Shown: positions 14,061 through 23,544, counted from the first letter of the whole stretch. The stretch is 46,719 bases of DNA, filler included, from Jimgerdemannia flammicorona (GCA_003990765.1; 2 parts of 2 records of this genome joined end to end with filler, not necessarily neighbours in it); one strand, 5' to 3'. Program-made: numbers and translations. Notes: a model not told the origin generated them from the letters alone.

Positions 14061-14339
14061 GGAGGTGGTCTTGATCTGGTAGACTTCTCTAGAAGATTAT
14101 ATTACTTAAGAACTTAGTGATTGAAGTGTACTTTTAAGCTACATGGGAGTGGATGGGTGCCACTGCTATAGAAGGTTTGAGAGATGAGATTTTCTCTAAA
14201 GAGTTCTTTAGAAGATCTGCTGTTAATGATAGAACTGGGTAATAGCTGGTGCTTGTGGTTTTGGGGCTTTTGATAGGGAGTGAGAGATGATACTCATTAT
14301 ATTAGACTATATTGATATAGTGGTAAGAGGAAAGCTGAT

Positions 14340-14833
14340 GACTTTTGGTTAGTAGTTGGAGATAGATTGAATGTTGTGAGGAGGAAAGATGTTAAGAGGA
14401 GACACTGGGAGGATTTAAGAGATAGATTGATAGGTGGGTTTGAGAATGAGTGGCTTACTATTGTATGGGTTTTGATTATATAGATGGGATTGGCTAGATA
14501 CTGATTGTTTGTTTTTGAGGAAGAGTAGTAGTTGAGTTTGAGTGAGTGATTACTGAGATAGGAGGAATTGATGGGGAATATCTTGATAGGTTGATGGCTG
14601 AGATGGGGTTTACAAGAAGGTTGCTATCACCAACTAGTAGAGAAGATATATAGACAGAGTAGGGGGAGAGTTGTAGTAAGAAATGGTAAAGTAGTATTTA
14701 ATTATAAAGGTATAGGGAGAGAAGGGGTCCTTCTTAAGAGATTGAGTAGTAGGCTGAGATATTGTGGTTGATGGAACAGTAAATTATATATTGTTTTTAT
14801 AGAATCTGTTAATAATAAAAGAGTCTAAGTAAC

Positions 14834-14892
<59 letters not shown>
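14340..14892 (+). mobile_element. 5'-truncated LINE family A 3' end (~550 bp) nested in A2
   Basis: Encodes WEDLRDRLIGG and ends GAGTCTAAGTAACTAT plus poly(A) (14837-14892). Exact TSD GGAAAGCTGAT at 14329-14339 and 14893-14903. Confidence 0.9.
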
Positions 14893-14894
<2 letters not shown>

Positions 14895-15067
14895 AAAGCT
14901 GATTAGAGCCCTAGTATATAGTAATGAGATTGACTTCTGCTGAGAGTTTCTTAGCTGGTAGACTTTAATCTTGGTGCTGGAGTAAAGTACCAGTGAGATA
15001 GACCAGAATTTGTGACCAGTGAGGTGATAGATGGCTGAGATTGGTGAGGAGTGAGACTGGGCAGATA

Positions 15068-16279
15068 AGTCCTTCTTATAGCCCCTTTCTCTACTATCTT
15101 ACTAGTCATAAGGTTTAGTAGACAATCTTTTAAGTTCCTTTTCCCCTATTATTACTCTCTCTATCTTGGATTAGTTGCTGTACCTGTAAAGGCATAGTGG
15201 GAGAAGAGCAATAGTGATGAGTTATCTCTTTATTGGTATCAGATCAGTATCTTCTCTACTTTTTCATGGTTTCTAGTACCTTTAGATATATCTGGAGTAT
15301 ACTTGTTTTGGTGTGATGCCTTCTTCCTTTTGCTATTACCAATAAGGTATCATCTTAGTATATTATAAGTTATATAAAGAGTCAGCTAATCTTGAGTATT
15401 AAGTACCCAGTGTAGATTACCTATAGGTCCTCAGTGCTTATAGTAGGGCTCTCTGGCTTTGGCAAGCTTTCTGGTGAGCATGGTTCTGGCATAGGTGACT
15501 GTTTTTCAGGTGGGATCAGGATGGGAGAGGAGATAGTCATTATAGATAAGAGGAAGGGTGATAATGGTAAACCAGTAGGGTACCAGACTGGGGGCAGTCA
15601 TTGGGGCTGGGGCTGGTGCTACTTCAGTGGGGTCTTTTGATTAGTATGGAGTAGTTAGGTAGTAGGTATTACTTATAGCTTTTTTTGACAATTTGTAAGA
15701 TTGGACTCTGGTCATTAGAAGGAGTCAGGGGGCTCAAGGCTACCTATTTCAGATGTCTTGGCTGCACTCAACTGGAACTGAGAGCTGACATGACAATGTA
15801 ATTGAGACCTATAGACTTGAGTAGTAGAGTATTAGGGGTCTCCTCCTACCTTACATATAAGTTCTTTACTCATCTCATCTGAGAGAACTAGGCCTTATTC
15901 ACCATGATATACTTTGATAAGGGTTTTTTTTTTATCAGTCATCCTTCTTGGAGTGGCAGAGGTTATTTTATTTGACTCAAGCATAGCCTTATATGTATAT
16001 GTTGGGGTTTTAGGCATGTACTTTCAGTTATTAGCATATAGCTGAGTTCTCCCTAGTAGTAGGGAGAGCATAGTATATAGAATGAAGTATAGGTTACTAT
16101 AGGCCCTACTGTGTCTGGTATAGTTGAGCTGCTGGACAATAGCTAGTCTAAGTTAATAAGGAGGCAGTGCTTGATGGGTGGTGAGAGAGGGTTTTAGCCT
16201 TTATAGTCTAGGTTCTCTTTCAATAAAAATCTGCAGGACTCTGAGTCTGTAAAACAAAAGAAAAAAAAAAAAAAAAAAA
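15068..16279 (+). mobile_element. Poly(A)-tailed retroposed insert (~1.2 kb) without visible LINE A/B homology, nested in A2
   Basis: AATAAA at ~16222 and an A tail to 16279. TSD GAGACTGGGCAGATA (15053-15067) / GAGACTAGGTAGGCA (16280-16294) differs only by transitions. Host ORF2 continues across it. Confidence 0.75.
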
Positions 16280-16983
16280 GAGACTAGGTAGGCATCTAGT
16301 ACTGAAATATAGAGATATAGAGATAGCTCCTCTCAAAGTTCTGGATAGTGTAGTGGTGTTTTTTATAGAGAAATATCATACTGAACTTTAGATCAGAATA
16401 TTTAGTAATAGATAGTATCTTTAAATATAAAGAGTATTTGAATGTAGAATAAGAGAGGAGATTTGTACAGATACCTAAATATTAGCTAAAGAAGTATGAG
16501 ATTCTTAGTGACTTCTAAATTATAATTAGAGATCACTTCAGAATAGTGTAAGGAGTAGTTAGAGTACAGGATTGATGGGAGAATCTGAGGGTATATCTAA
16601 TAAGTTGTATTGATAATAAGTGGCTTACTATTGAATAAGTTTTGGTAGTATAGATAAGATTGACAGACTACTAGTTATATATATATATTTAAGGAGAGTA
16701 GGAGATTGAGCTTAAAAGAGTATCTATTGTAATAGAAGGATTTAATGGGAAATGTTTTATTTGGCTGATAGACAGATTAGAGCCCTCAGAGAAATTACTA
16801 TTATTAACTAGTAGAGAAAATTTATAAGAAGAGTAGAGAGAGGGTTATAGTGATTAATAGTATAGTAGTCTTTAATTGAAAAGAAGTAAGAGAAAGCTCT
16901 TCTAGAGAGATTATATAAAGTTGAGATTTTTGTATTATATTGAGTTAGATTAGTATAATAATAAATATAGAAGTCTGAGTGAC

Positions 16984-17015
<32 letters not shown>

Positions 17016-17020
<5 letters not shown>

Positions 17021-17326
17021 TACTTTTAATAAATTAAATCAGATTTAATTTAAATTTAAATTAATTTTAGAAATTTGACTTAATTTTCAAAATTTAATTA
17101 CTTAATAAAAATATATTCAAATTTAATAATTTACTTTATTTAATTTTCCATATATAAATCTAATAAAATAAAAATTATTAAATTTATAAATATATTTTTA
17201 TTAAGTAATTATATTTCAAAGTTCAAATTTAAATTTTGAATCAAATTAGATATCAATTTAATTTAAATCAGATCTTAATTTAATTTGATTTAATTTAACT
17301 CCAATTTAATTCAAATTGATATATTA
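17016..17326. mobile_element. Highly decayed MITE related to the element at 46113-46536
   Basis: CTTAATTTTCAAAATTTAATTACTTAATAAAAATATATTCAAATTTAA aligns with CTTAATTTTCAAAATGTAATAACTCGACGAAATCCCATCCAAATTTAA. The internal inverted arm is present and TTCGA pentamers have decayed to TTTAA/TTCAA. Boundaries are approximate. Confidence 0.6.
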
Positions 17327-17564
17327 TTTAAAAATACTAATCATATTAATAGTGATGAATTTCTAACCATAATAACTAGTAAATATCAATTAGCAAAAAG
17401 GCAAAAGTAGTTAATATATTATAGAATTTATTAGGTATGATTGCAAATTTGCTATTAGTATAATGAGACTCTAGCTCTAGGGTGATGATACTGTTTATAT
17501 ATTGGGAATTAATAATGTGAATCCAGTTAATAGTTACTTAGTTAGAGAATATAGTTAGATCTAA

Positions 17565-18060
17565 AACAGAATTCAGATGAGAGATATATAGTAAGGAGTA
17601 TATAAAAGAGAATTCAGATAAGAAATATATTGAGAAAACTCAGTTGAGCTGAACTCAGACAATAAGCAGAATATATTGAGCTTAGAGATAAAACTCAGAA
17701 TCAAAATGGGATTCAGATGGTAAAACAGAATTTGGATATAGATAAGAGATATAGATGATAGATATATATGTTGAAAAGAATTCAGATAATAGATACAAAA
17801 GAAATCCAGATAAGGAGTATAGAATTTGAAGAAGAAACAAGAGACAGAAAGTTTATATGAGAGATATATATATAAAAGAGAATTCAGATAAGAGATAGAA
17901 AGGGGGTTCAGATAAAGAGAATTCAGATAAAGAGTAATTTAGACAACAGAAAATCAGAAGAAAAATAAAATTCAGACAATGGAAAGTTGAAGAGAAAATA
18001 GAATTCAGATAAAGATATACATATTAAGAGAGATAGGAAGAAGATCCAGATGAGAGATAT
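17565..18060. repeat. Degenerate purine-rich minisatellite-like tract (AGAATTCAGATA core)
   Basis: Many irregularly spaced GAATTCAGAT/AATTCAGAC/GATCCAGAT variants, e.g. near 17569, 17610, 17778, 17879, 17918, 18001. Confidence 0.6.
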
Positions 18061-18504
18061 ATTATAAGAAATTTAGTTGACAGATGTGAAAATAGTGGTA
18101 AATCTTTTTAACCTTATAATCTAAGCTGTTAGTCACTGTGTAAAACCTCTATCTAGCACAGATTTTGGATGTAAGTATTTTCACCTATATATATAAAATC
18201 TATCACTACAGATATTAGGATTTATTTATATATATACTTCTTTGGGTTCTTAGTATAGCTATTGATTGGTATAATTATTACACATTATATATTAGATAGA
18301 TGAGTATTCTATAAACTAGAAATATAAATAAAATCTATCAAAAAATATCACTGTTCTCACTTATCTATATCAGGTTTGTTAAAATAACTTTTTAATTTTT
18401 TATATCAATTTATCAAATATATAAAAAAGGAGATTTGAGAGTTAATACAATATACTTAATCAGAGAACTATTAAATTCCACAACCACCAGCCAACATTAC
18501 AATC

Positions 18505-19578
18505 TCAAGGCTGCAGTCCAAGTTCAATGAGCTCCTTATACTCAATGATGTTGAACGCGGTTCCATTCCCCTTTGTCTTCTTAATCACCCCCATTTTCTC
18601 CGGAATCTCGCCAAGCGCGGCTCTGCGCATCCCCCTCGCGAGCACGGCAACCGGCGCGGACATTTTGAACTCCAACCAATTCAGCGGCCTATTGACGTAA
18701 TCGAACATACCAATAGGTGCCGCGTGGGCGTTCCTCCTCGACGTCCAGACCTGTCGGACGAACGGTCGTGACGCGCGAGAGATTGCAGACTCGGCTAGAG
18801 CATTCTCTGTCTCGCCCTTGGATTGTAATTATGTAGAGGAAGTGTGATCTGGCATTGGCACCCTGGATAGTTGAGGCGAATAAAGAGGAAGCGGCGTGAG
18901 ATGTAAGCCGTTGGTCGTTGGTCGATGCAGGACCAAGATTTTGACGCTTATCGGAGATGAGGCCGTACGTACTATAGAGGAGCAGTATATGTAGTGGACC
19001 GGAGATAAGGCGTTTTCACCCTGGCCCGGATTCTCCTCGGCTGCAATTTTAGCGGTTTTCACAATATAACCTTGGTCGATTCTCTTGAAGTTCTCGGGCG
19101 AACCGGCTGCTTTGCGTGCGATTCCCAAAGCGCCGAAGACATAACTGTTTTCGGCAGCATTTTGCGGTAAGAAAATGCGATGACAAAACACAAGCAGCTG
19201 GGCATCTATTGACTTACTCCACACCACGGAAAGCCTCGCGATGGGCATCGAGATTCTCGAAATCTACAATCACTTGAACCTGTAATGTTTACACCGGCCA
19301 AATCATGAGCTTAGCGAATTTTTCATTCTCAATAGCTCATAAAAATGTTCTGTCGGCACGGGGAAATTCCACCGGGCGCCGGCCGATGGTTATCACGCGA
19401 CGAAACAAATCTGTCTGCAGCAGGTCACGGGTTAGCGCCTTGCCCAAGGCGCCTGAGTAGGTGTGAGATATGAGGCGACGGAAGCCATGAATTAAACAAC
19501 ACAGAATATGCTAAAGATGCGATTATGAAGCTCACCGGTTGCGCCAACGACGAGAGCAGTGGGTTTCTGGGAGGTCAT
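18505..19578 (-). pseudogene. FMP52: FMP52/HTATIP2(TIP30)-like NAD(P)-binding atypical SDR, 5 exons, frameshifted
   Basis: Exons: 19578-19536 (MTSQKPTALVVGATG), 19452-~19345 (ALGKALTRDLL...VITIGRRP), 19279-19218 (VQVIVDFENLDAHREAFRGV), 19144-18973 (DYVFGALG...AAGSPENFKRIDQGY...YCSS), 18862-18505 (GANARSHFLY, QSKGETENAL, VRP). Introns 1, 3 and 4 are GT-AG. Exon 2 runs into TGA without a good donor. QSKGETEN and the C-terminus are in shifted frames. Confidence 0.85.
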
Positions 19579-19708
19579 TCTGCGATGGTTGACTGAGGTG
19601 CTTATTATAACCATCTACGAACCAGGTACATACGTCATCCAAGGCGATGACGCATGCTAAAACGGGCAACACAGCAAACCAAGACGAGAATGGAGCAGAA
19701 GGAATAGG

Positions 19709-20073
19709 TTACCACCTACCGATGTAGTTCAAAATGGTTCGCAGATAAGCTTTAATCAAATTGCCGGGAGCGTCGGATTTTTCCGACATTTTCATCATGA
19801 CCAATTTAATTTTCCATGTTTTTGTCGAGGGGGCTGGAGTTTGCATGTCGTCACCATTCGCACAATATGCTTTTGAGTTTTTTTCTATTAGGTGACGCAA
19901 CCGGATGGAAGGCCGTCGCCGAGGTGAACGTCGGGGTGCCGGTTGAGCACTGAATATCGACGGTATATTTGAACTATGTGAATTGCTGTTTGCAGCTGCG
20001 TGATGGGTTCTAGCTTCACATTCACTGTGTGTTTGCTCATCCATCCACCTCTTCAGACAATAAGATCGGCTCT
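19709..20073 (-). other. Possible orphan exon or fragment of a second host gene
   Basis: CpG-rich, non-repetitive 111-aa ORF preceded by a branch-point/acceptor-like CTCACCTGTCCTCCCTCAG. The sequence just upstream is an LTR. No recognisable domain. Confidence 0.25.
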
Positions 20074-20429
20074 GAGGGAGGACAGGTGAGCATTGTTAAT
20101 AGTTTGTCTTTAATATATATATTGTCACGTAGTGGTCGCTGAGTCCTTCAAATATGCCAGATTCTCTTCAAGGTGTATCTCTTAGATTAACTCAAGTTTG
20201 TTATAAGCAAGTTCTTATTGGAGTGCCTTCCCAAGGTCTTATAGTTTTCAAACTTCTTATCTTTAACTGTCTTGTTATCTCTTAGATTGCTTGCAAGGAA
20301 GTGTGTGTAAGTGAAACCAGAACTGACTTTATTTCAGAGGAAATAAGAGAGGCATTTATACAAAATATAATTCAATGGTTGCTAAGATATAAAGCTAAAT
20401 ATAAATTCCAATAACTAAAACTACTAAGT

Positions 20430-20557
20430 TCCAGGGTTGGCATTATTTAGTGTCACATCAAAATACCAGTGCTGGAATAATTTTGCATCATCTCAGAATG
20501 CCAGTGCTGGCATTATCCAGTATTACATAAGAATACCAGTGCTGGAATTATCCAGTG
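20430..20557 (-). promoter_or_regulatory. U3 tandem quasi-palindromic repeats (CCAGTGCTGG(A/C)AT), enhancer-like
   Basis: CCAGTGCTGG occurs three times (~20466, 20501, 20536) plus a variant at ~20431, between the LTR ORF stop and the TATA box. Confidence 0.55.
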
Positions 20558-20568
20558 TAACAAAGAAC

Positions 20569-21420
20569 TTAGAGCAGAAAGTTCAGGACCATGAGAGCTT
20601 TATCATCATCATTATTGAAGGAGATGAGGTCCGTGAATTTGTCATACAGGCTGTGCATCTCGCATACTTCATTGTCACATATTTCATATACTTCGTGTGC
20701 TTTGGGTATATCATGCAGAATGACATCATCGATGACATCATCATGTTCAGCTGTGGTGGGGAAATCAGAAACAAGGTCTGGAGCTCTCCAGTCTATGAGG
20801 TTTTCTTCCACAAAATAAGAAACAAACGTGGGGTCTTGTGGAGATCTAACCTAGATGCTTGGGCCTTGGAATACTGAGATTAATTCTTGCAGGAATTGAT
20901 CTGGGTTATTCTGAAGGATAGGGTGTCAGAAGTCTTCTACTTCTTCACTGTTGAGGGTGATAGTGGACCAGGCTTCTGTAGCCACCCTGGCTTCTAGTGC
21001 ATTGATATAGCAGAATGATAGGTCTCTGAAATCTGAGACTCTAACATACTCCAAGTTGGGGATCGACCATGGTGCATGCCTGAAGATCTGATGGATCTTC
21101 CTAGCTGTCCTTGTTTCGTGTATGTCCATGGAAGTAGTATCTTGTAGCTCTTGGGTGCTGGCCTGTGGGAACTCCTGGCAGAGGAGGTTTCCTATTTCAT
21201 ACTCCTGCCACATTTGGAGGCATTCAGTAGCAATGGTGATCCTTGTTTCCATTTCATGGCAATAGAGGATAAAGTGATAAGGGTCTGCAGTATCCAGGTT
21301 GACACTAGGAGTCCTTCTTGAGCAGGTCTTCATGGCTCTTCTGATATCTTGGAACATCCTTTCCTCGACCGAGATATCTTGGTGATTCCTTAACCTTGAG
21401 GTTTGGCAGGCAGCAGGCAT
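20569..21420 (-). pseudogene. LTR(U3)-embedded ORF of unknown function, copy B (284 codons, 2 internal stops)
   Basis: ORFs 20926-21420 and 20569-20811 share one frame. Stops are at 20926-20928 (TGA; TGG in copy A) and 20851-20853 (TAG). The start context is CAAAATG. Confidence 0.85.
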
Positions 21421-21662
21421 TTTGTTTGTGGTAAGTCTTTGAGCTATTTTGGAATTGGTGGTTCTTGTTGGTTGCTGCTACTGTAGTTCCTTGATTCTTC
21501 TTTTATATTCTTCAGGATGCTTGTACTGTGGTCACAATGACTCACAGTTGGTCATCATTGCTCATCTCATATACCATATAATCTTCTTGTACTCCAATCT
21601 GGTGGCTTGTAAAGAAAGGCTGTCTCCTGTGCTGATGTCATCATTCTGGGATCACTGTTACA

Positions 21663-21674
21663 TCTTCCTCCTAA
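21663..21674 (-). promoter_or_regulatory. Polypurine tract
   Basis: TTAGGAGGAAGA immediately precedes the TGTAACA start of the 3' LTR. Confidence 0.8.
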
Positions 21675-22012
21675 ATAAGGATCTTCCTGAGTATCCTTAT
21701 TTATTGGTCCAGTCCTGAAAAATTTGCTGATCCCATAACCTCTGGCAAGGGGTCAAAAACTGGTGTTTATGGACTGGCATCTTCCCTTTGTATTTTGGCA
21801 TAATGGTGAAGGGTTGCTCCCTTCATATAGAGCAAGGGCCTGATTCTGATCTTGACCAATCAGTTGATGGTTCAAACTTCTCTGACTGCGAAAGTCTTCA
21901 TGGATGAGTAGTTGCCAGTGCCGTATCTCTTAGAGAATGGTCCAGACAGATAGCCTGCTGGTCACAGAACATGCTGTTATAATTCATGGACTAGAACCTC
22001 ATGGGCAGTCAT

Positions 22013-23312
22013 TATGTTTTGCTTCTCTTGTATAGGTTCGTGGTACTTCTTGGGTCTGTTCCTATGTACTGTGGTGGGCAGTATGGTTCCTGAGATTTTT
22101 CTAAGCCAGAAGGTAGTTCTCTTGATATCTTGCACATAGAAGGGTCCTTCCCATTTGGGCTCCAGTTTTTGTGACTATGAGGCTTCTACCATATTTTGAT
22201 ACAGTAGAACCTTTTCTCCAATTCAGATGAGTTCTAGGGCCTTGTGATTCTTTTCCACATTCTTCCTTGTCAGTGCTTGTGACTTGGTGATGTAATCTTT
22301 AGCCTTCTTCCTGATTTGGTATAGTCTCTGGATTTCTGCATCAACCCATCTCCAAGTTAGGTCTAGATTTGTGGCTGAGGTTCCATTAGAATCTTCTTCT
22401 CTGAAGAGCAGCTCTCTTGGGGTAAAATGTGTGCTCTGTGATCATATGTCTCATAGGATGGAGAGGGCAGTTGGGAGATAGTTATCCCAATTCTCATATA
22501 TCTCTGAGATCTTTGCTAGGATATTCTTGAGGGTCTTGTTGGTTCTCTCTGTCTGTCCATTTTCTTGAGGGTGGTATGCAGTGGTCTTGATGTGCTGGAT
22601 CTTGTATTTCTGGTACATTATTTCGTGGAATCTATTGACAAATTCTATGCCGCAGTCTGTTGTAATTTGCTTTGGTGTCTTGTAGCAGCAGATGATTTCT
22701 TGGTATAGGAAATCAGCTATAGAGAGGGCATTGGCTTCTTGTAATACTCCTGCCTCTATCCATTTGATGAAGAGGTCTACAATAACTATAATGTAGCAGT
22801 TTCCTGATAGTGTTACTAGTAGTGGTCCAATGATATCCATTGTGATGTAGTAGAAGGGAATAGGCTCAATTCTTGATGATCCAGATATCTGGTCTTGCTG
22901 ATCTTGTTTCTGTTTTTGATACTTGTCACACTCTTTGACAAATTGGTGCAGGTCTTCTTCTATCTTGAGCCACCACATGGTTCTTCTTGCCTTGTTATAT
23001 GTGTTGGTTCCTCCTAAGTGTCCTTGCTCATGTACTTCCTTCATTACTTGATACTTCTTGTGTTCAGGTATTACTAGCTTTCCTCCTTTTCTGAGTGTAG
23101 TGTTGTCTAATTCAAACTGTTTCTAAGTCCAGTTGATGATGGTGATTGTCCAGGGTTCAAGGTGGTTAGGCATCTTCCACTGCTTAAGATAGCTGATTAA
23201 TCCATAGTATAGCTCCTTATTCATGTTGAATAGTCTTGATGGGGATGTTTTGGGGTGTCCTTGAGAGTGCATCGGCGTTGGTGTTGGTCTTTCCTGAGCG
23301 GTGCTTGACAGT
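22013..23312 (-). pseudogene. Ty3/Gypsy pol C-terminus (end of RNase H, integrase, GPY/F module)
   Basis: HRSGKTNTNADALSR (RNase H end), HEQGHLG...CDKYQ (HHCC), MDIIGPL / TDCGIEF / YHPQENGQTER (DDE core), KLEPKWEGPF. Cut by the assembly gap. Confidence 0.92.
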
Positions 23313-23412
23313 NNNNNNNNNNNNNNNNNNNNNNNNNNNNNNNNNNNNNNNNNNNNTTAATTAATTAANNNNNNNNNNNNNNNNNNNNNNNNNNNNNNNN
23401 NNNNNNNNNNNN
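23313..23412. other. Artificial contig spacer: 44 N + TTAATTAATTAA + 44 N
   Basis: Symmetric 100-bp gap carrying a six-frame stop linker. Confidence 0.97.
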
Positions 23413-23544
23413 TTATAGTCACTTGGACTCTTTTATTCCACTAGTCTAGAAAGAGAACACTATCCATGTATCTCTACGATTACCTTTTAAACAGCAATGA
23501 ACCCAACCCACAACTATTTACAATAATACAAAGAAGGTCCATTC

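Larger units (their letters stand above)
9180..17016 (+). mobile_element. Full-length, heavily mutated LINE family A, copy A2, split by three nested insertions
   Basis: Colinear with A1: ORF1 from ~9262, APE from ~11285, RT ~12600-13600. ORF2 resumes after each insert (14061-14339, 14893-15067, 16280-16990). It ends AAGTCTGAGTGACTATAAA followed by (TA)n. Confidence 0.88.
20123..21662 (-). repeat. 3' LTR (1540 bp) of a Ty3/Gypsy element
   Basis: Begins TGTAACA right after a polypurine tract and ends GTGACA. TATAAAT at 20354-20360 and AATAAA at 20328-20333. A second copy lies at 7520-9086. Confidence 0.92.

Noticed and set aside
17565..18060. CRISPR-like array (also the TTCGA arrays at 46125-46520)
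   Set aside because: Units are short, degenerate and irregular, with no unique spacers or cas genes, in a eukaryotic context.
18829..19248. 139-aa ORF as a standalone gene
   Set aside because: It is exon 4 of the FMP52-like pseudogene read through the flanking introns.
20851..20853. Programmed readthrough at the TAG shared by LTR ORF copies A and B
   Set aside because: Homologue C has a sense codon there, and CAG>TAG is the dominant mutation type in this window. Shared or parallel decay is simpler, though more copies are needed to exclude readthrough.
20569..21420. LTR ORF as an env gene
   Set aside because: No signal peptide, furin site or clear transmembrane anchor is visible, and it lies inside the LTR.
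7520..21662. One giant inverted-repeat transposon bounded by 7520-9086 and 20123-21662
   Set aside because: These are independent LTR insertions: the left has its own CTAT TSD, the right is attached to a PPT and integrase, and their decay levels differ.
23357..23368. TTAATTAATTAA palindrome as a biological site
   Set aside because: It is centred in a symmetric 100-bp N run and is a six-frame stop linker added during assembly. It also means adjacency across the gap is unproven.
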